Positions 35,451 to 49,318 are shown, counted from the first letter of the whole stretch. The stretch is DNA of 63,976 bases, filler included, from Octopus bimaculoides (GCF_001194135.2; 7 parts of 6 records of this genome joined end to end with filler, not necessarily neighbours in it); one strand, 5' to 3'. Notes: generated from the letters alone by a model not told the origin. A program made the numbers and translations.

Positions 35451-37206
35451 CAATACCATATGTACATTACAGCATGAAATTATAATTAAATATGAATATT
35501 TCAGAGCCTGGCAGTGGAGAAATGAGTAATACAAACGCATTCATTCCGCGCAATGTATGGGAGAAGGGGAGAGTCTCCTGACTGACCATTTAGCTGTTTG
35601 ATGACCACTCTTCAAAGAAAAGTTAACTGACTTGTGCCAAAAATTAATAGCACTGAGAATATTCAAATGCTATATAAGGCAGTTAGAAATTAAGCTAGCA
35701 CTGTAGCAGATAGCTTAATTTGCATAGTTGTACATTTCACGGCGCATTGTTAATTGAACAATATCTATTTTATGCACACAACATTAATGGATGGTTCATT
35801 GTGCATTTACCAGAAGGTTCCGTTACAATACACAACAGGCGCCAAAACTACATTACAAAAAATAAGTTAGTCATGTTCCCCTTCGATACAGATGTCCAAA
35901 TATATCTAGACAAGCAGCGACAGCTTTATCAGTAGCAAAATGCAGATCAAATATCAATACACACATACATGAATTAAACACTTGAACCGTAAAATAAGAA
36001 AGCACCTGACGATGATGATTGCTATCATTTAAAAGAACATTCGAATGATTCTTTGCTGCCGCTAACAAAACGCGGCAACAGCGGAAAGCTATCATAATTT
36101 CATTCAGAAAAAGAGACTGAGATCGTAAAATTTTTATGCTCTTAGCAACGATATTAGTCCAAACCAAAGAACTATCGGGGAACTAATTATGAAATATAAA
36201 AATTCTTTGATAGAATTTATATTTCCTTATTAGGCCTTCAATAGCAAGATTTTGACAAGAGCAAAGTCTTCAATATCAGGTTTCAAAGGAAAGTTATTTC
36301 TTATAAATACACACACGCACGCACAGAGATGTATATCCATTCTTATATACATGTAATTATATGTATATATATATATACACATATATACATATAATATTAT
36401 GTATGTATATACATGTATACAAAATTATATGTATGTATATATGTATATATATATATATACACATATNNNNNNNNNNNNNNNNNNNNNNNNNNNNNNNNNN
36501 NNNNNNNNNNNNNNNNNNNNNNNNNNNNNNNNNNNNNNNNNNNNNNNNNNNNNNNNNNNNNNNNNNNNNNNNNNNNNNNNNNNNNNNNNNNNNNNNNNNN
36601 NNNNNNNNNNNNNNNNNNNNNNNNNNNNNNNNNNNNNNNNNNNNNNNNNNNNNNNNNNNNNNNNNNNNNNNNNNNNNNNNNNNNNNNNNNNNNNNNNNNN
36701 NNNNNNNNNNNNNNNNNNNNNNNNNNNNNNNNNNNNNNNNNNNNNNNNNNNNNNNNNNNNNNNNNNNNNNNNNNNNNNNNNNNNNNNNNNNNNNNNNNNN
36801 NNNNNNNNNNNNNNNNNNNNNNNNNNNNNNNNNNNNNNNNNNNNNNNNNNNNNNNNNNNNNNNNNNNNNNNNNNNNNNNNNNNNNNNNNNNNNNNNNNNN
36901 NNNNNNNNNNNNNNNNNNNNNNNNNNNNNNNNNNNNNNNNNNNNNNNNNNNNNNNNNNNNNNNNNNNNNNNNNNNNNNNNNNNNNNNNNNNNNNNNNNNN
37001 NNNNNNNNNNNNNNNNNNNNNNNNNNNNNNNNNNNNNNNNNNNNNNNNNNNNNNNNNNNNNNNNNNNNNNNNNNNNNNNNNNNNNNNNNNNNNNNNNNNN
37101 NNNNNNNNNNNNNNNNNNNNNNNNNNNNNNNNNNNNNNNNNNNNNNNNNNNNNNNNNNNNNNNNNNNNNNNNNNNNNNNNNNNNNNNNNNNNNNNNNNNN
37201 NNNNNN

Positions 37207-37440
37207 GTGGTAGAGTTGGTTATGGAGTTCGTGGTAGTGGTTTTAGTGGTTGTGGTTGTGGCTGTGGTGGGGATGGCGGTAGTGGTGGCGTTCTTGATGC
37301 TTTTAGCGGTGTTGATGGAGATGACAGTAGCGGCAATAGTCATGGAGATGATAGTGGTGGTGGAGGCTGTGGTGGTGGTGGCGGCGGCAGCGGTGGCGGC
37401 AGCGGTGGTGGTGGTGGTGGTATTGGTGGCGGTGGTGGTC
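37207..37440. repeat. Degenerate (GGT/GGC/AGT)n trinucleotide low-complexity tract
   Basis: Seen directly. It gives poly-Val, poly-Gly or poly-Thr depending on the frame. Confidence 0.8.
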
Positions 37441-37444
37441 TTGA

Positions 37445-37620
37445 GAGAAGCCCGTTGTATGTATGTGTATATGTGTATATTTCTTTGTGTCTCTCACTCC
37501 ACTCGCTTGGCAACCGGTGTTGGTTTTCTTATTTTCAAATAATTTGGTGGTGGTTCAGCAGTACAGACTGATAGAATAAGTAACAGATTTTTAAAAAAGT
37601 AAGTACAAGAATCGATCTCT
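37445..37620 (+). mobile_element. SINE type A tail, diverged
   Basis: GAAGCCCGT..CGCTTGGCAACCGGTGTTGGT..GACTGATAGAATAAGTA. Confidence 0.55.
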
Positions 37621-37883
37621 GTATTTTCTAAAGAATTCGAAACATCGTAACTTTCACTGCTGGCTCCGAATTCTTTAGAAAATCTGTAGAGATAAACATA
37701 GAGATAAAAACATCGCACTGCTAACACACAAAGGTAAGGTATGATATCGACCTGTAAAACTTTAATATACTTAGTAGAATATTATGGCTGCAAAACGAAG
37801 CACTTTATCATTGGTAGCAATTAATATTTACGTACCAGTTGCCAGAAATGTGTTTCATATGTCAATTAGTCAATCCAATACTG

Positions 37884-38665
37884 CTACACCGCTAAACTTA
37901 AAATTAATGGAAGCATAAGGTCGCCATCACTGGTGATCAATCCAAACAACGTGATGTTGACTGGATGTTTGATTTTTATCGTTCTCAGTACATGTTTTGG
38001 GAACACGCCAAGCCAAAGGTTGTACTGTGTGTTCACCATCTGATCCTGGTAGAAATTTTTGTCTTCTGAGAAAAACCAAAGTACGTTCGATTCGAGGGGA
38101 TACTTGAGTTTGTTCAAATACTTCGTAGCGCCCTCTTTCCTGTTGTCCTTCATGGCTTGGGATAAAAATTGGTCCTTTCTCATCTAGTATGAAGAATGCC
38201 GAATGTCTTCATGCACTACCTGCCTGATAAGAAACTCAGGCACTCCGATGTCCCTGGCGATGGATCTGGTGATTGACTTGGAGGGATCGCTGTCAATCAT
38301 GCCTTGGATCTCACAAACGACTTCGGGAGTTCTTTTCTTATCGGAACGATTAGAGTGAGTTTTCTGAGCTGCCCTACCTTCGTAATCACCATTAGACTCC
38401 TTCAACTCTTTCCGAATCCTCTGCACTGTCCTTAGATTGACACTCAAACATTCTGAAATGTTCGTATTGGAGCTTCCGATGCGAATGCCAAACATTACAG
38501 CATGTTTCCAAATTTCTGGCAGTGTGTATTGCGTCATGGTGCTGATTTTCTCACAGACGGTGCCCAACTGACCCTACTATACTGTGTAGTCGATAAAATC
38601 AAAAACAAACAGTGCACATACACGAATTAAAAATGATATGGCGACAATTTATCCATCGCACAACG
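37884..38665 (-). mobile_element. maT/DD37D-like (Tc1/mariner superfamily) transposase remnant
   Basis: HTH ..VNLRTVQRIRKEL..RSDKKRTPE..DPSKSITRSIARDIGV, an in-frame stop, then WFFSEDKNFYQDQMVN.Q..W..KHPVNITLFGLITSDGDLM. It is truncated at the 3' end. Confidence 0.85.
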
Positions 38666-38669
38666 GAAA

Positions 38670-38714
<45 letters not shown>

Positions 38715-39449
38715 GTGTTTGTGTGTGTGTGAGTGTGTGTGTGTGTGTATGTGTGTGGAGAGAGAGAGAGAGAGAGAGAGTGAGTTCATGTTATATTATA
38801 TTTGCATGTGATGAATACAATCCGTTATACGCGACGTACATGAGCATATGTGCATGTTTGTATAAGCATATATACGCATATTGATGGGGGTATACTCACA
38901 CACGTTCTCTCACGCACACATACATACATACATATATATGCATAGATAGATAGATATGTATTTATGATGTGCGTATGTATGTAGGTGTGCAAGTGTGTCT
39001 AAAGAGCCTTTAATATATCCACAATGACATTCTGCTCAACAGAGATACGATCAATCGACCTTTTTCAACTTTATNNNNNNNNNNNNNNNNNNNNNNNNNN
39101 NNNNNNNNNNNNNNNNNNNNNNNNNNNNNNNNNNNNNNNNNNNNNNNNNNNNNNNNNNNNNNNNNNNNNNNNNNNNNNNNNNNNNNNNNNNNNNNNNNNN
39201 NNNNNNNNNNNNNNNNNNNNNNNNNNNNNNNNNNNNNNNNNNNNNNNNNNNNNNNNNNNNNNNNNNNNNNNNNNNNNNNNNNNNNNNNNNNNNNNNNNNN
39301 NNNNNNNNNNNNNNNNNNNNNNNNNNNNNNNNNNNNNNNNNNNNNNNNNNNNNNNNNNNNNNNNNNNNNNNNNNNNNNNNNNNNNNNNNNNNNNNNNNNT
39401 ATATATATATATATATATATATACATATATATATACATATAAATATGTA

Positions 39450-39489
<40 letters not shown>

Positions 39490-39708
39490 CATATATATAT
39501 ACATGTATGCATATATACATATATATAGTATATATATGTATATATAGTATATATATGTATATATATATATATATATATATGCATATATGTATGTATATAT
39601 GTATGTATATATATATGTATATATGTATGTATATATGTATATATGTACGTATATATATATATGTATGTATGTATATATATGTATGTGTGTGTGTATATAT
39701 ATATATAT

Positions 39709-39899
39709 GATTGACCGTTGACTGAACACTATTCAATTTTTTTTCTCCGTGTTTTTCTCCTTGTCTCCGTATTCTTTCTGTTGAAGAGCGTAGCTCGAAA
39801 CGTCAAAGACTTTCCGTATTCCCGAGCGTCATACTAATATATACTTTTGTTATTTACACCACCTGTCCTCGTCTGTTGTTATTTTTTGTATATTCTCCC
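39709..39899 (+). mobile_element. About 190-bp non-coding mini-element in (TA)n carrying a minimal hammerhead (Penelope-associated type)
   Basis: Flanked by TA microsatellite on both sides and homologous to 20753-20868. Confidence 0.7.
39773..39809 (+). ncRNA. Minimal type I hammerhead motif (CUGUUGA core variant)
   Basis: TCTTT-CTGTTGA-A-GAGC-GTA-GCTC-GAAA-CG-TC-AAAGA: 5-bp stem I, 4-bp stem II, palindromic ACGT stem III, GUC triplet. Confidence 0.7.
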
Positions 39900-40002
<103 letters not shown>

Positions 40003-40274
40003 CACGTTTGTGTGTGTTGGAAATATATTGCATGCATACATAATCTGAGTATATAAGTTGAATAATTGAAGTTTAATGAATCATTTGAAAGTTTTTAGAT
40101 TTTAGATTTCTGCTCAAAGTTCCGCATTCCTTCCAATACCTGCAACATACATACACACATACATACATACATTACATACATATATATATACATTACATAC
40201 ATACATACATTACGTACATACATAATACATACATACATATTTACATACATAAACGCACCGACCTGCAAACATAC

Positions 40275-40305
<31 letters not shown>

Positions 40306-40485
40306 CATACATACACACACACACTCATATACATGCATACATACATATATACATACATACATACACACACACTAACATACATACGTACATACATACATAT
40401 GTGTATATATGCCTATACAAGCATATAAATGCGTATATACATTGGGTAACATGGTAGGTAATTCTGACGGACAAATATAAAACAT

Positions 40486-40517
<32 letters not shown>

Positions 40518-40677
40518 CACATTAACAACCATATTGACAACAACAGCAACAGCAACAACAACAACAATAACAATCATGCCGAATATATTAAAATCAGAAC
40601 CACAATAATAATTATTATTACGATAGGACAGCTGACGTTTTCCATCGTACCCATAAAATAAGCTGAGTTTTTAACAC

Positions 40678-40750
<73 letters not shown>

Positions 40751-40775
40751 TAATAATAATAATAATAATAATAAT

Positions 40776-41148
40776 GATAGTAAAGTAAACTATGCTGGAT
40801 CATAGATATAGTATGCCCAGCTGACAACAAGGTATGCGACAAGGAAGGAAGAAAAGTCGATAGATATGACAGGTTAGCTTGGGAGGTTAAGAAGTTATGG
40901 TCGATGAGAAAGGTGGTAGTAGTAACAATAATTGTTGGAGCCCTGGGAACAGTGAGTAAAAATCTCAAGAAGTACATGGAACAAGTAGGGGCTGCAATAA
41001 GAGTGGAACACTTGCAGATAACAGCACTGCTTGGAACTGCTCGAATACTCCGGAAGGTGCTCGAAAAATAAGGGGTGTTACCTTAGTTCACTGGTCGTGA
41101 ACAGCTGACACTGTAGTACATCTCCAGCATTAGAAGCTGTGCAAAGGC
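40776..41148 (+). mobile_element. 5'-truncated R4/Dong copy inside (TAA)n
   Basis: CWIIDIVCPADNKV..RYDRLAWEVKKLWSMRKVVVVTIIVGALGTVSKNLKKY..ALLGTARILRKVLEK then a stop and 3' UTR, with (AAT)n on both sides. Confidence 0.9.
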
Positions 41149-41223
<75 letters not shown>

Positions 41224-41360
41224 CATAATAATAATAATAATAACAGTAAAAACTGCACCCAATCTCAAAGGAGGCATATAAATACAGAGGAGAGGTTAAC
41301 CACCCTAATTATGATAATGATAAAGAAGACACACCACCCACTAAGTCTGTGGAACTTGGA

Positions 41361-41968
41361 ACGAGACAGTGACACCTACTGTGACAAAGTGCCCCAAGTT
41401 AGCACAGGATGAATATAAGAAATAGAGGCACGACCAGGTAGGAAAAACTGTGCCAGAAAGGGGGATTTGAAGCTGGAAACACAAGGTACAATCATTGAAT
41501 TGAAAGAGTCCTGGAGTCGGAAAAACGTAGGGTTTTGTGAGACTTTCCTATTCAAACGGACAAGAAATTAGAAAATGATAGAAGATGCTTACTGATCGAC
41601 CCATCATCTCCGTTTGATTCAGGATCGTAAAGAAAGCGGAAGAAAAACAAAAAAAGAAATACAATTCCTTAAAGTTTGAAATGGGAATAATTTGGAGCAT
41701 GCGAACAGTAAAGGTGGTGCCTATAATAATTGGTGTGTTGGGAACAGTAAGCCAAGATATAGACAAATGGCTGAACGAGATTGAAATAGAATGCCTGGTA
41801 GAGCTCCTACATACAGCTTAGCTTGTCTCTTAGGGACAGCAAGGATTATCAGGAGGGTTCTAAACACTCGAAAGACTGCTGGAAACTTGTGGATACCCGA
41901 GGTTACAGGTAGTAACCTACTACACACATAATTCTTAACAGGAATAAGACCGAACCTGAGCTAAACCA
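41361..41968 (+). mobile_element. R4/Dong 3' fragment, a different and more degenerate family
   Basis: ETV..VTKCPKLAQDEYKK.RHDQVGK..DFPIQTDKKLE..LLIDPSSPFD..VKVVPIIIGVLGTVS..LLGTARII. Confidence 0.85.
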
Positions 41969-42222
41969 AATAATTATGATGATGATGATGAGGATTGATT
42001 TTTATTATAAATGTTAGTAATAACTACAATAATTCAGTTTTTAAAAATCCGTTTGTTTGGACCCGTGCGCACACGCGCGCACACACACATACTATATCTT
42101 CGTTCTACTTCATCATTATTCTTATTTTAGCTTGAAACCTTTCGTCACACATCCTCTGGCCTCTTAATCGACTCTCCATCCCACGTGTCAACCATTGTTC
42201 TGTTCAGTCCATTCTAAAGAAA

Positions 42223-42263
<41 letters not shown>

Positions 42264-42549
42264 CGTGCGCGTGTGTGCGTGCGTGCGTGCGTGTGTGTAG
42301 TTATGCCCCGTAGACTGAGTTCACTGGTTCTTAGAACCTTGTAGTTCAGATACCTTCATACTATCATTTTCTCTACGTTCAGCAAGTCTTAACGTTAATA
42401 CTGTTACATACTGTGAAGTGTGTACGCAAAACAAAACACTTTGAGAATTCAGTCACTCCAGAGATCGATCACTATTGAAAATATATAATTATATAGCCAG
42501 AGAATTTGGTTATCGAAAAGTGTATGCAAAATTGGTACCACGAAGAAAA

Positions 42550-43170
42550 GAACGATGATGGTGTTTGAAGTCCATCAAGGCTCAGTTGTTTGGCTCTCAT
42601 AATAAGAGGAAGAAACTAGAAGAAACTAGGTGCTATTTTGGGGTCCAGAATCGAATGATAAGTCTATGGAATGACGTCATTTCTTTTCGAGAGCCAATGA
42701 TTCGTGTTTAAACCATGGCAACTGTTTTGGAAGAAACTTAGAGAAGCTTTTAAGAAAAGGAAACCGAACAAGAATTTGTATACGGTCTTCATTCACCACG
42801 ATAATGCACGATTCGACATCTTTGGTAAGAAATCAATCAATTGATAAATTGAGCTGATGAGCGTTACCTCACCCATCGTCCACCTCGGTTCTGGGACCCT
42901 CTGACACCTACTTGTCCGGTCAAGCATAACAAAGTCTTTGAGAGCAACAATCTTATGATACAGCTGAGAGTAACTTGACAGTGGAGAAAAATAGTTACAG
43001 CAGCTCACATCGGAATTTTTTCAAAGAAGATTCAAAAGTAGGATTCGGCGATGGCGCAAATACATCGCATGTGGTGGAGACCATACTGAGCTGCAATTTC
43101 GGTGACCTATGTCAGTCAATATAAAAATTGAGCCCAATTTTGTATCACCTTCAGGACAGCGTTCGTATCT
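42550..43170 (+). mobile_element. Mariner transposase 3' remnant
   Basis: HHDNAR motif, a degenerate HPPYSPDLAPSD-like segment, RW.K.I..GGD.TE and a TIR-like end ending in CGTA. Confidence 0.65.
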
Positions 43171-43189
43171 AAGGTGAACTGGTAGAGCC

Positions 43190-43370
43190 TTTAGAGGTGC
43201 GGTTCCCAACTGGGATCCACCTGACCCTTGGGGTTCCCTATAAAATTTAGATGGTAAAAATTATTGCAATAAATTGGTTATACATTGCACAAAATATTTT
43301 AACAAGTTTTTATATTCGATTCCTAATAATATTTAATTATAAAAATATGAAATTTTTAAAAACTTCAAAT
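43190..43370 (+). mobile_element. Partial hAT-type MITE (left end only)
   Basis: GCGGTTCCCAAC.GGG.TCC..GACCC.TGGGGGTTCC start with an AT-rich body. The right TIR was not found. Confidence 0.35.
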
Positions 43371-45244
43371 GGATAACAATTTCTGGTGATCCAGAGGAAT
43401 AAAACAAGGACCAAAGAAGTTCACTGCTTTAGAGCCTTCGATAGAATGCCTTGCAGTATGTTTCGTCGCCATATTGTGAGTTCTTATCTCACCAGAATGA
43501 AATTTGATTTTCATCATTCCGGGTTCAACAAAGCAAGAATATTCCATCCAAAAGAGCAGAATAACAGAAATAGAGAAGAGAAAGAGGATATATTACTCCT
43601 GTTTATTGATGGCGAAAGCTTCTCGTGGCCAATTCTAGTGAATTCGAGAACAGGGACATGCATACATGGTTAATTGCTAGTCTTACACAAAAGATTATAC
43701 TACAGACTACACTTTATTTGTATAAGACAGAAGGATGGAATTTCGAGACTTAGTGACTGCTATTTCTAAATGAACGATAAACCAAGAGGTTCCTACATCA
43801 GTTTGTCTATAATAGATCAAATCCAACCGATACGTTTTGTAGGAGATTAAAGGGGTTCGTTGAAATTCAGGCACTGAAAAAATATTGCATTAAATTATAG
43901 AAGAATAATTTAAATAAACAAAACAAAAACAAAAAAAGAAAACAAAAAAGAGTTAAATTTCTTTGTGAATTTCACATCAAACAGATGTCTTGATATTGCA
44001 GGTTATATTATACCGCGTTAACTGTGTATTTGTGTGTGAGTTTATGCACTTACACAGGTATACATACACACATACATATATATACATACATACATACATA
44101 TATATGTATATATATATATATGAATATATATATATATATATANNNNNNNNNNNNNNNNNNNNNNNNNNNNNNNNNNNNNNNNNNNNNNNNNNNNNNNNNN
44201 NNNNNNNNNNNNNNNNNNNNNNNNNNNNNNNNNNNNNNNNNNNNNNNNNNNNNNNNNNNNNNNNNNNNNNNNNNNNNNNNNNNNNNNNNNNNNNNNNNNN
44301 NNNNNNNNNNNNNNNNNNNNNNNNNNNNNNNNNNNNNNNNNNNNNNNNNNNNNNNNNNNNNNNNNNNNNNNNNNNNNNNNNNNNNNNNNNNNNNNNNNNN
44401 NNNNNNNNNNNNNNNNNNNNNNNNNNNNNNNNNNNNNNNNNNNNNNNNNNNNNNNNNNNNNNNNNNNNNNNNNNNNNNNNNNNNNNNNNNNNNNNNNNNN
44501 NNNNNNNNNNNNNNNNNNNNNNNNNNNNNNNNNNNNNNNNNNNNNNNNNNNNNNNNNNNNNNNNNNNNNNNNNNNNNNNNNNNNNNNNNNNNNNNNNNNN
44601 NNNNNNNNNNNNNNNNNNNNNNNNNNNNNNNNNNNNNNNNNNNNNNNNNNNNNNNNNNNNNNNNNNNNNNNNNNNNNNNNNNNNNNNNNNNNNNNNNNNN
44701 NNNNNNNNNNNNNNNNNNNNNNNNNNNNNNNNNNNNNNNNNNNNNNNNNNNNNNNNNNNNNNNNNNNNNNNNNNNNNNNNNNNNNNNNNNNNNNNNNNNN
44801 NNNNNNNNNNNNNNNNNNNNNNNNNNNNNNNNNNNNNNNNNNNNNNNNNNNNNNNNNNNNNNNNNNNNNNTGTATGTGCATGTGTGTATGATGTGGAAAA
44901 AAAGAAATATATGGTGATGATTAACCACAAAAATATGTGTTCAATATATAATAGCATGTACATGTCCATATATATCAGTCTTTGATGATAATCATGATGT
45001 ATGCATATACGCGTGTGTGAACGCGCGCGTTTGTATAAATACATGTGTGTATGTGTATGCATTTATATATATATGTAAGTATATATACATAAATACATAT
45101 ACATAGGTATATATAATTTTTTTTATTGTTATATAAGAACATTACGTATATTTATTACACTGCCTAGGCTCGTGGATATATATTTATAAATACCGTTCTA
45201 TTCATATACTTCTGTACATTTTCTATTAATATAATTCGATTCAT

Positions 45245-45283
<39 letters not shown>

Positions 45284-45572
45284 NNNNNNNNNNTATATAT
45301 ATATATATATACTTCTGCGTTTAGTCATGGCTACGTAGAATTAAAATGGTTGCTTCTCATCCATACATTAATGGGTTCGATCGCAGTGCATGGCATCTTG
45401 GGCATGTTTATTTTAGATTATCCTGGGCTTAATCAAATCTGTTATATATACATATGTGTATACATATATATACATATATACACACATATATATAAAGTAA
45501 AGTCGTTCTACATCTGCCTTGGGGTGGTGCATTCTATTCATTGTCAACAATTATTATTATTATTATTATTAC

Positions 45573-45660
<88 letters not shown>

Positions 45661-45661
<1 letters not shown>

Positions 45662-48514
45662 CTTCGTAACACAGTGTAGGTAATAATGCACCGAAGTCTT
45701 TAGTCATCTGTCAAGTCACAACAAGGACCTCAGACAGACAATACTTTCCTTAAGATGTGCGCTGTGTCCAACAAGGCTGCTTTTTGCAAGACATCAATCT
45801 TGCATGGGAATTCCAGTTGCCTTAAGAAGTCTTGAAGTTTCAATGGGATTGAGCCCAGCGCTCCGATCACCCCTGGTATCACTTTTACATTACCCTCTCA
45901 CATTCCATACAATTTTGCCATTTCCACTTTCAATTCACAATACTTGGTGATTTTCTCAACCTCTTTACTCACAACATTCATGTCATTTGCTATGGCTACA
46001 TCAATGATCTGACAGTATTTGTCTCTCTTATTCAATATGACAATATCCGGCCGACGGTGTTCGATTATACGATCCGTCTGAAAATCCCAGTCCCACAGTA
46101 TCGTTACTTTTCCATCCTCCTGCATAACTTTACTTGGTACATGCTCATACCAGTTCTCTGTTACTTCATATTGGTATTTACAACATAAGAGCCAATGAAG
46201 ATACACACACACTTTATCATGGTGGTGCTTGTATTCTTTTTGTGCAAGGATCTCACATCCACTTACCAAGTGGGTCACATTTACTATTTGCTGAAACTAT
46301 CTTTGGGAATCTCCCACGCCACGCCTTCTGCCAGTCAGATAATTTCTGTTCCTTTTCTGTTTTTTTAAGTTCGTTTGGTGTTTTTTATTTCCCTATGTCT
46401 TGCAGTGACTCTAGCTGCTTTTAATAAACTTCCGTCACTCTTACCTACATAGGAATCTATATCTACTCTAGCTAGTCTTCCACTGATATTAACTCTCTTC
46501 CACCTTCTTTTCTAGGTAGTTTTAAACTTGCCACTCCTACCCATGGGTGGAGTCCTCCATTCATATTGAATTCCTTTGCTGAGTATCTAAGTAATGATAC
46601 TGTCCAAGTATTTACAGCCTTCGCTAGATTCGGACCGTTTAGCTTTGACTTCATTAGCTTCCTCACCCTTGTGGTGTATTCCTTCTCAGATTTCGTTTTC
46701 ATTTCTGTAGTTGGTACTCTGTCAGATTTTAATACTTATAACTCTCTCATCCTTTCAATGATTTTAATGTCTGGCCTACTGGTAATTGGATTCCTTCACT
46801 GTTGACTACCTGTCCCCTTCTCATAACTAATATTGCACACTTATTTATGCCGAATTCCATGCCTATATCTTTGTTGAATTGTCTTACAGTCTGTATTAAG
46901 GAATCTATCTCTTTCTCATTCTTACTAAAAAGCTTCAGATCATCCTTGTAGTGCAAATGGTTAATTTTTCCATTGTTATTTCTGAACTGATTCCCTGCCT
47001 TTGCCTTCTTTAATACTAAACTGAGCGGGATCAAACATAGAATAAATATTAAAGGTAACAACGAGTCCACCTGGAAAATCCCTTTTTTGATATTAACTTT
47101 CACTAAAACTATGTCACCTGAGTATAAAGCTACTTTCCATTTCTTCATACTCAAACTTTCACTTATTCATGAGTGTGGGATCATGTCATAGGCTTTCCTA
47201 TAATCTATCCACGCTATTAGATTTTTCTTTCTAGGTTTTACTTCATTTAGAACTGTTTTGTCTATAAATATATAGCCTTTTTCCTGCAACCTTTCTGTTC
47301 TTCTGGTAGCAAATTCTGGTTGTCAAGGTGCTCGTAAATGCTTTCTGAAAGCATTCCTGTTAACAGCTTCCACACGAATGGTAAGCAAGTGATTGGTCTA
47401 TAGTTGCTAGCTATATTGCCCTTGCTCTTATATTTCATAGTGTGTATTGTCTCCCTCAAGTCATCCAATATGGTATTATTCCTTCATTAAAGCAATACTG
47501 AAGTTGTTCCCTCAGCCTCCTATGTAAAGTACGAAATTTCTTTAGCCAGTACTCTTGAACTAAATCTTGTCCTGGGCCTTTCCAATTCGGCATTTTCCTA
47601 ACACTTTACTCGTTAATGCACTAGTTTATCTTAGACCTGGCTGCTTCTCACTCATTCTTTCTTCCCTCACTTTCTTTAACCATACTACATCTTTATTATG
47701 ATTGACTGGTTTATCCCAAATATTACTCCAGAACCTTCTAGCTTCCTCTGCATTAGGTTTCTCATCTTCAGTACTTCGTTCTCCACTTATTTATTTGGTT
47801 ATAAAATCTTCTCTGGTCTGTCTCAAATAATCTATTCTGTTGTTACTGATCTGTTCTTTCCTGAATCTGGAGAGCTTGCCTGCTACTGCCTTGATACGCT
47901 GTTTCAACTCTTCTATTACTGTCCCAAATCCTTTCTCTTTGACTAAATATCTTTCCTCGAGGCAAGATTTGCATCTTGTGTTTCCTAACTTGTTTGTTTT
48001 CCAGCTTTCTATTCCACTCAGATCTCCTCTTAAAGTCTTCACCTTATTTTGTAGTCTCTTTTTCCACATTTGCTCATTTTTAATCTTTCTTTGTGAGATA
48101 TCTAATTTTCTGATGACTACTTCCCCTTCTGCGTAGATCATTTGTTGCACTTTGTGCTTGTTGCGTGGTGTGCGCTGCATTTTTGGCGGGGGGTGCGGAA
48201 CATTGTATTGTATCATTACGTTTTGTTATAGGGCTTTATTTGAGTCTTCGGTTGTATTAGTTTTTATCTTGTGTGCTGTTTTTGTAGCGCAGATTGTGTC
48301 CTTCTGTCGGATATCGGCATTCTATGGTATATGTTGTGATTTTTGTCCATTTTGTCGGGTATTTACAGTACGAGTTTATTCTTGCATGATTTTGGAGAGG
48401 TGTTGCATCGTAGTGTGTGTGCGTGTGTGTAACTCCTAAATCAACTATTTTGTAGTATTTATGATTATCTGTCCGCCGGTCTTTTGCTTGGTTTTGTTAT
48501 GGGTTCCCTTGATC
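45661..48514 (-). mobile_element. Near full-length degenerate R4/Dong-clade non-LTR retrotransposon (RT + CCHC + REL)
   Basis: Successive frameshifted ORFs: WKKRLQNKVKTLRGDLS..EELKQRIKA; SNYRPITCLPFVWKLLTG..EEQKGCR; KKGIFQVDSL..INHLHYKDDLKL..GMEFGINKC; LPRKEGGRELISVED; THLVSGCEILAQKEY..RRPDIVI..IIDVAIAND. (TAA)n lies on both sides. Confidence 0.95.
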
Positions 48515-48526
48515 ATTATTATTAAA

Positions 48527-48586
<60 letters not shown>

Positions 48587-48639
48587 GTTATGAACATTGT
48601 CATGAACAATGATCGGCCTTCTTCTGTCTGGGAGGGAGG

Positions 48640-49318
48640 AGTAGCAGTGTTTCATTCATTTTGGCAATTTCATGGCAATATGCTTCTGCAGTAATGGTTT
48701 TATCAGGTTTTAAGAAATTATAGAGGATGAATCCAGCAGTACACCACCAAGCAGACACCATAACCTTCTTTTTTAAGAACTCGGGTTTAGGGAAGATTTT
48801 CGGTGCTTCATTTTACTTCAACCACTGCAAAGAACGTTTTTTTATTATTGTACAGACTCCACTTTTCATCACAAGTCACAATACGGTTGAGAAATGGATT
48901 GGTCTGGTTACGGAGAAGAAGCGACGAGCAAATTTCATATCTGGCATTTTCTGATTTTCATTTAAATCGTGTGGTACCCATTTGTTGAGCTTTTTGATTT
49001 TCCGATCGCATGCAAATGGTTGCAGGCACTTTTCTGACTAACTTTTGCCAGTTCTCGAGCGGTTTTACGTGGATTTTTCTCAATGACGGTCTTTAATTGA
49101 TGGTCATCGATGACAGATAGGCGTCCGCTATGCTCACGATCTTCAAGGCTCAGGTCTCCACTGCAAAATCATTTAAACCATTTTCGAGCTGACCAATCAC
49201 TGGTCATTTCCTCACCAAACGTTTCGTTGATATCGCGAGCAGTTTCAGCTGCTTTACGTCCTTTTTTGAAGTTGAATAGCAAAGTTACTCGAATAACGCG
49301 CTTTGACATTTCCATTTC
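48640..49318 (-). mobile_element. Mariner transposase remnant (Mos1/Hsmar1-like), N-terminus to mid-DDD
   Basis: MEMSKRVIRVTLLFNFKKGRKAAETARDINETFG..WF..F.SGDLSLED..SGR..WVPHDL..FLNRIVTCDEKW..KKVMVSAWW. Confidence 0.9.

Noticed and set aside
37207-37571. Glycine-rich ORF resembling a structural protein
   Set aside because: It is a trinucleotide low-complexity tract running into a SINE and a gap, with no splice or codon support.
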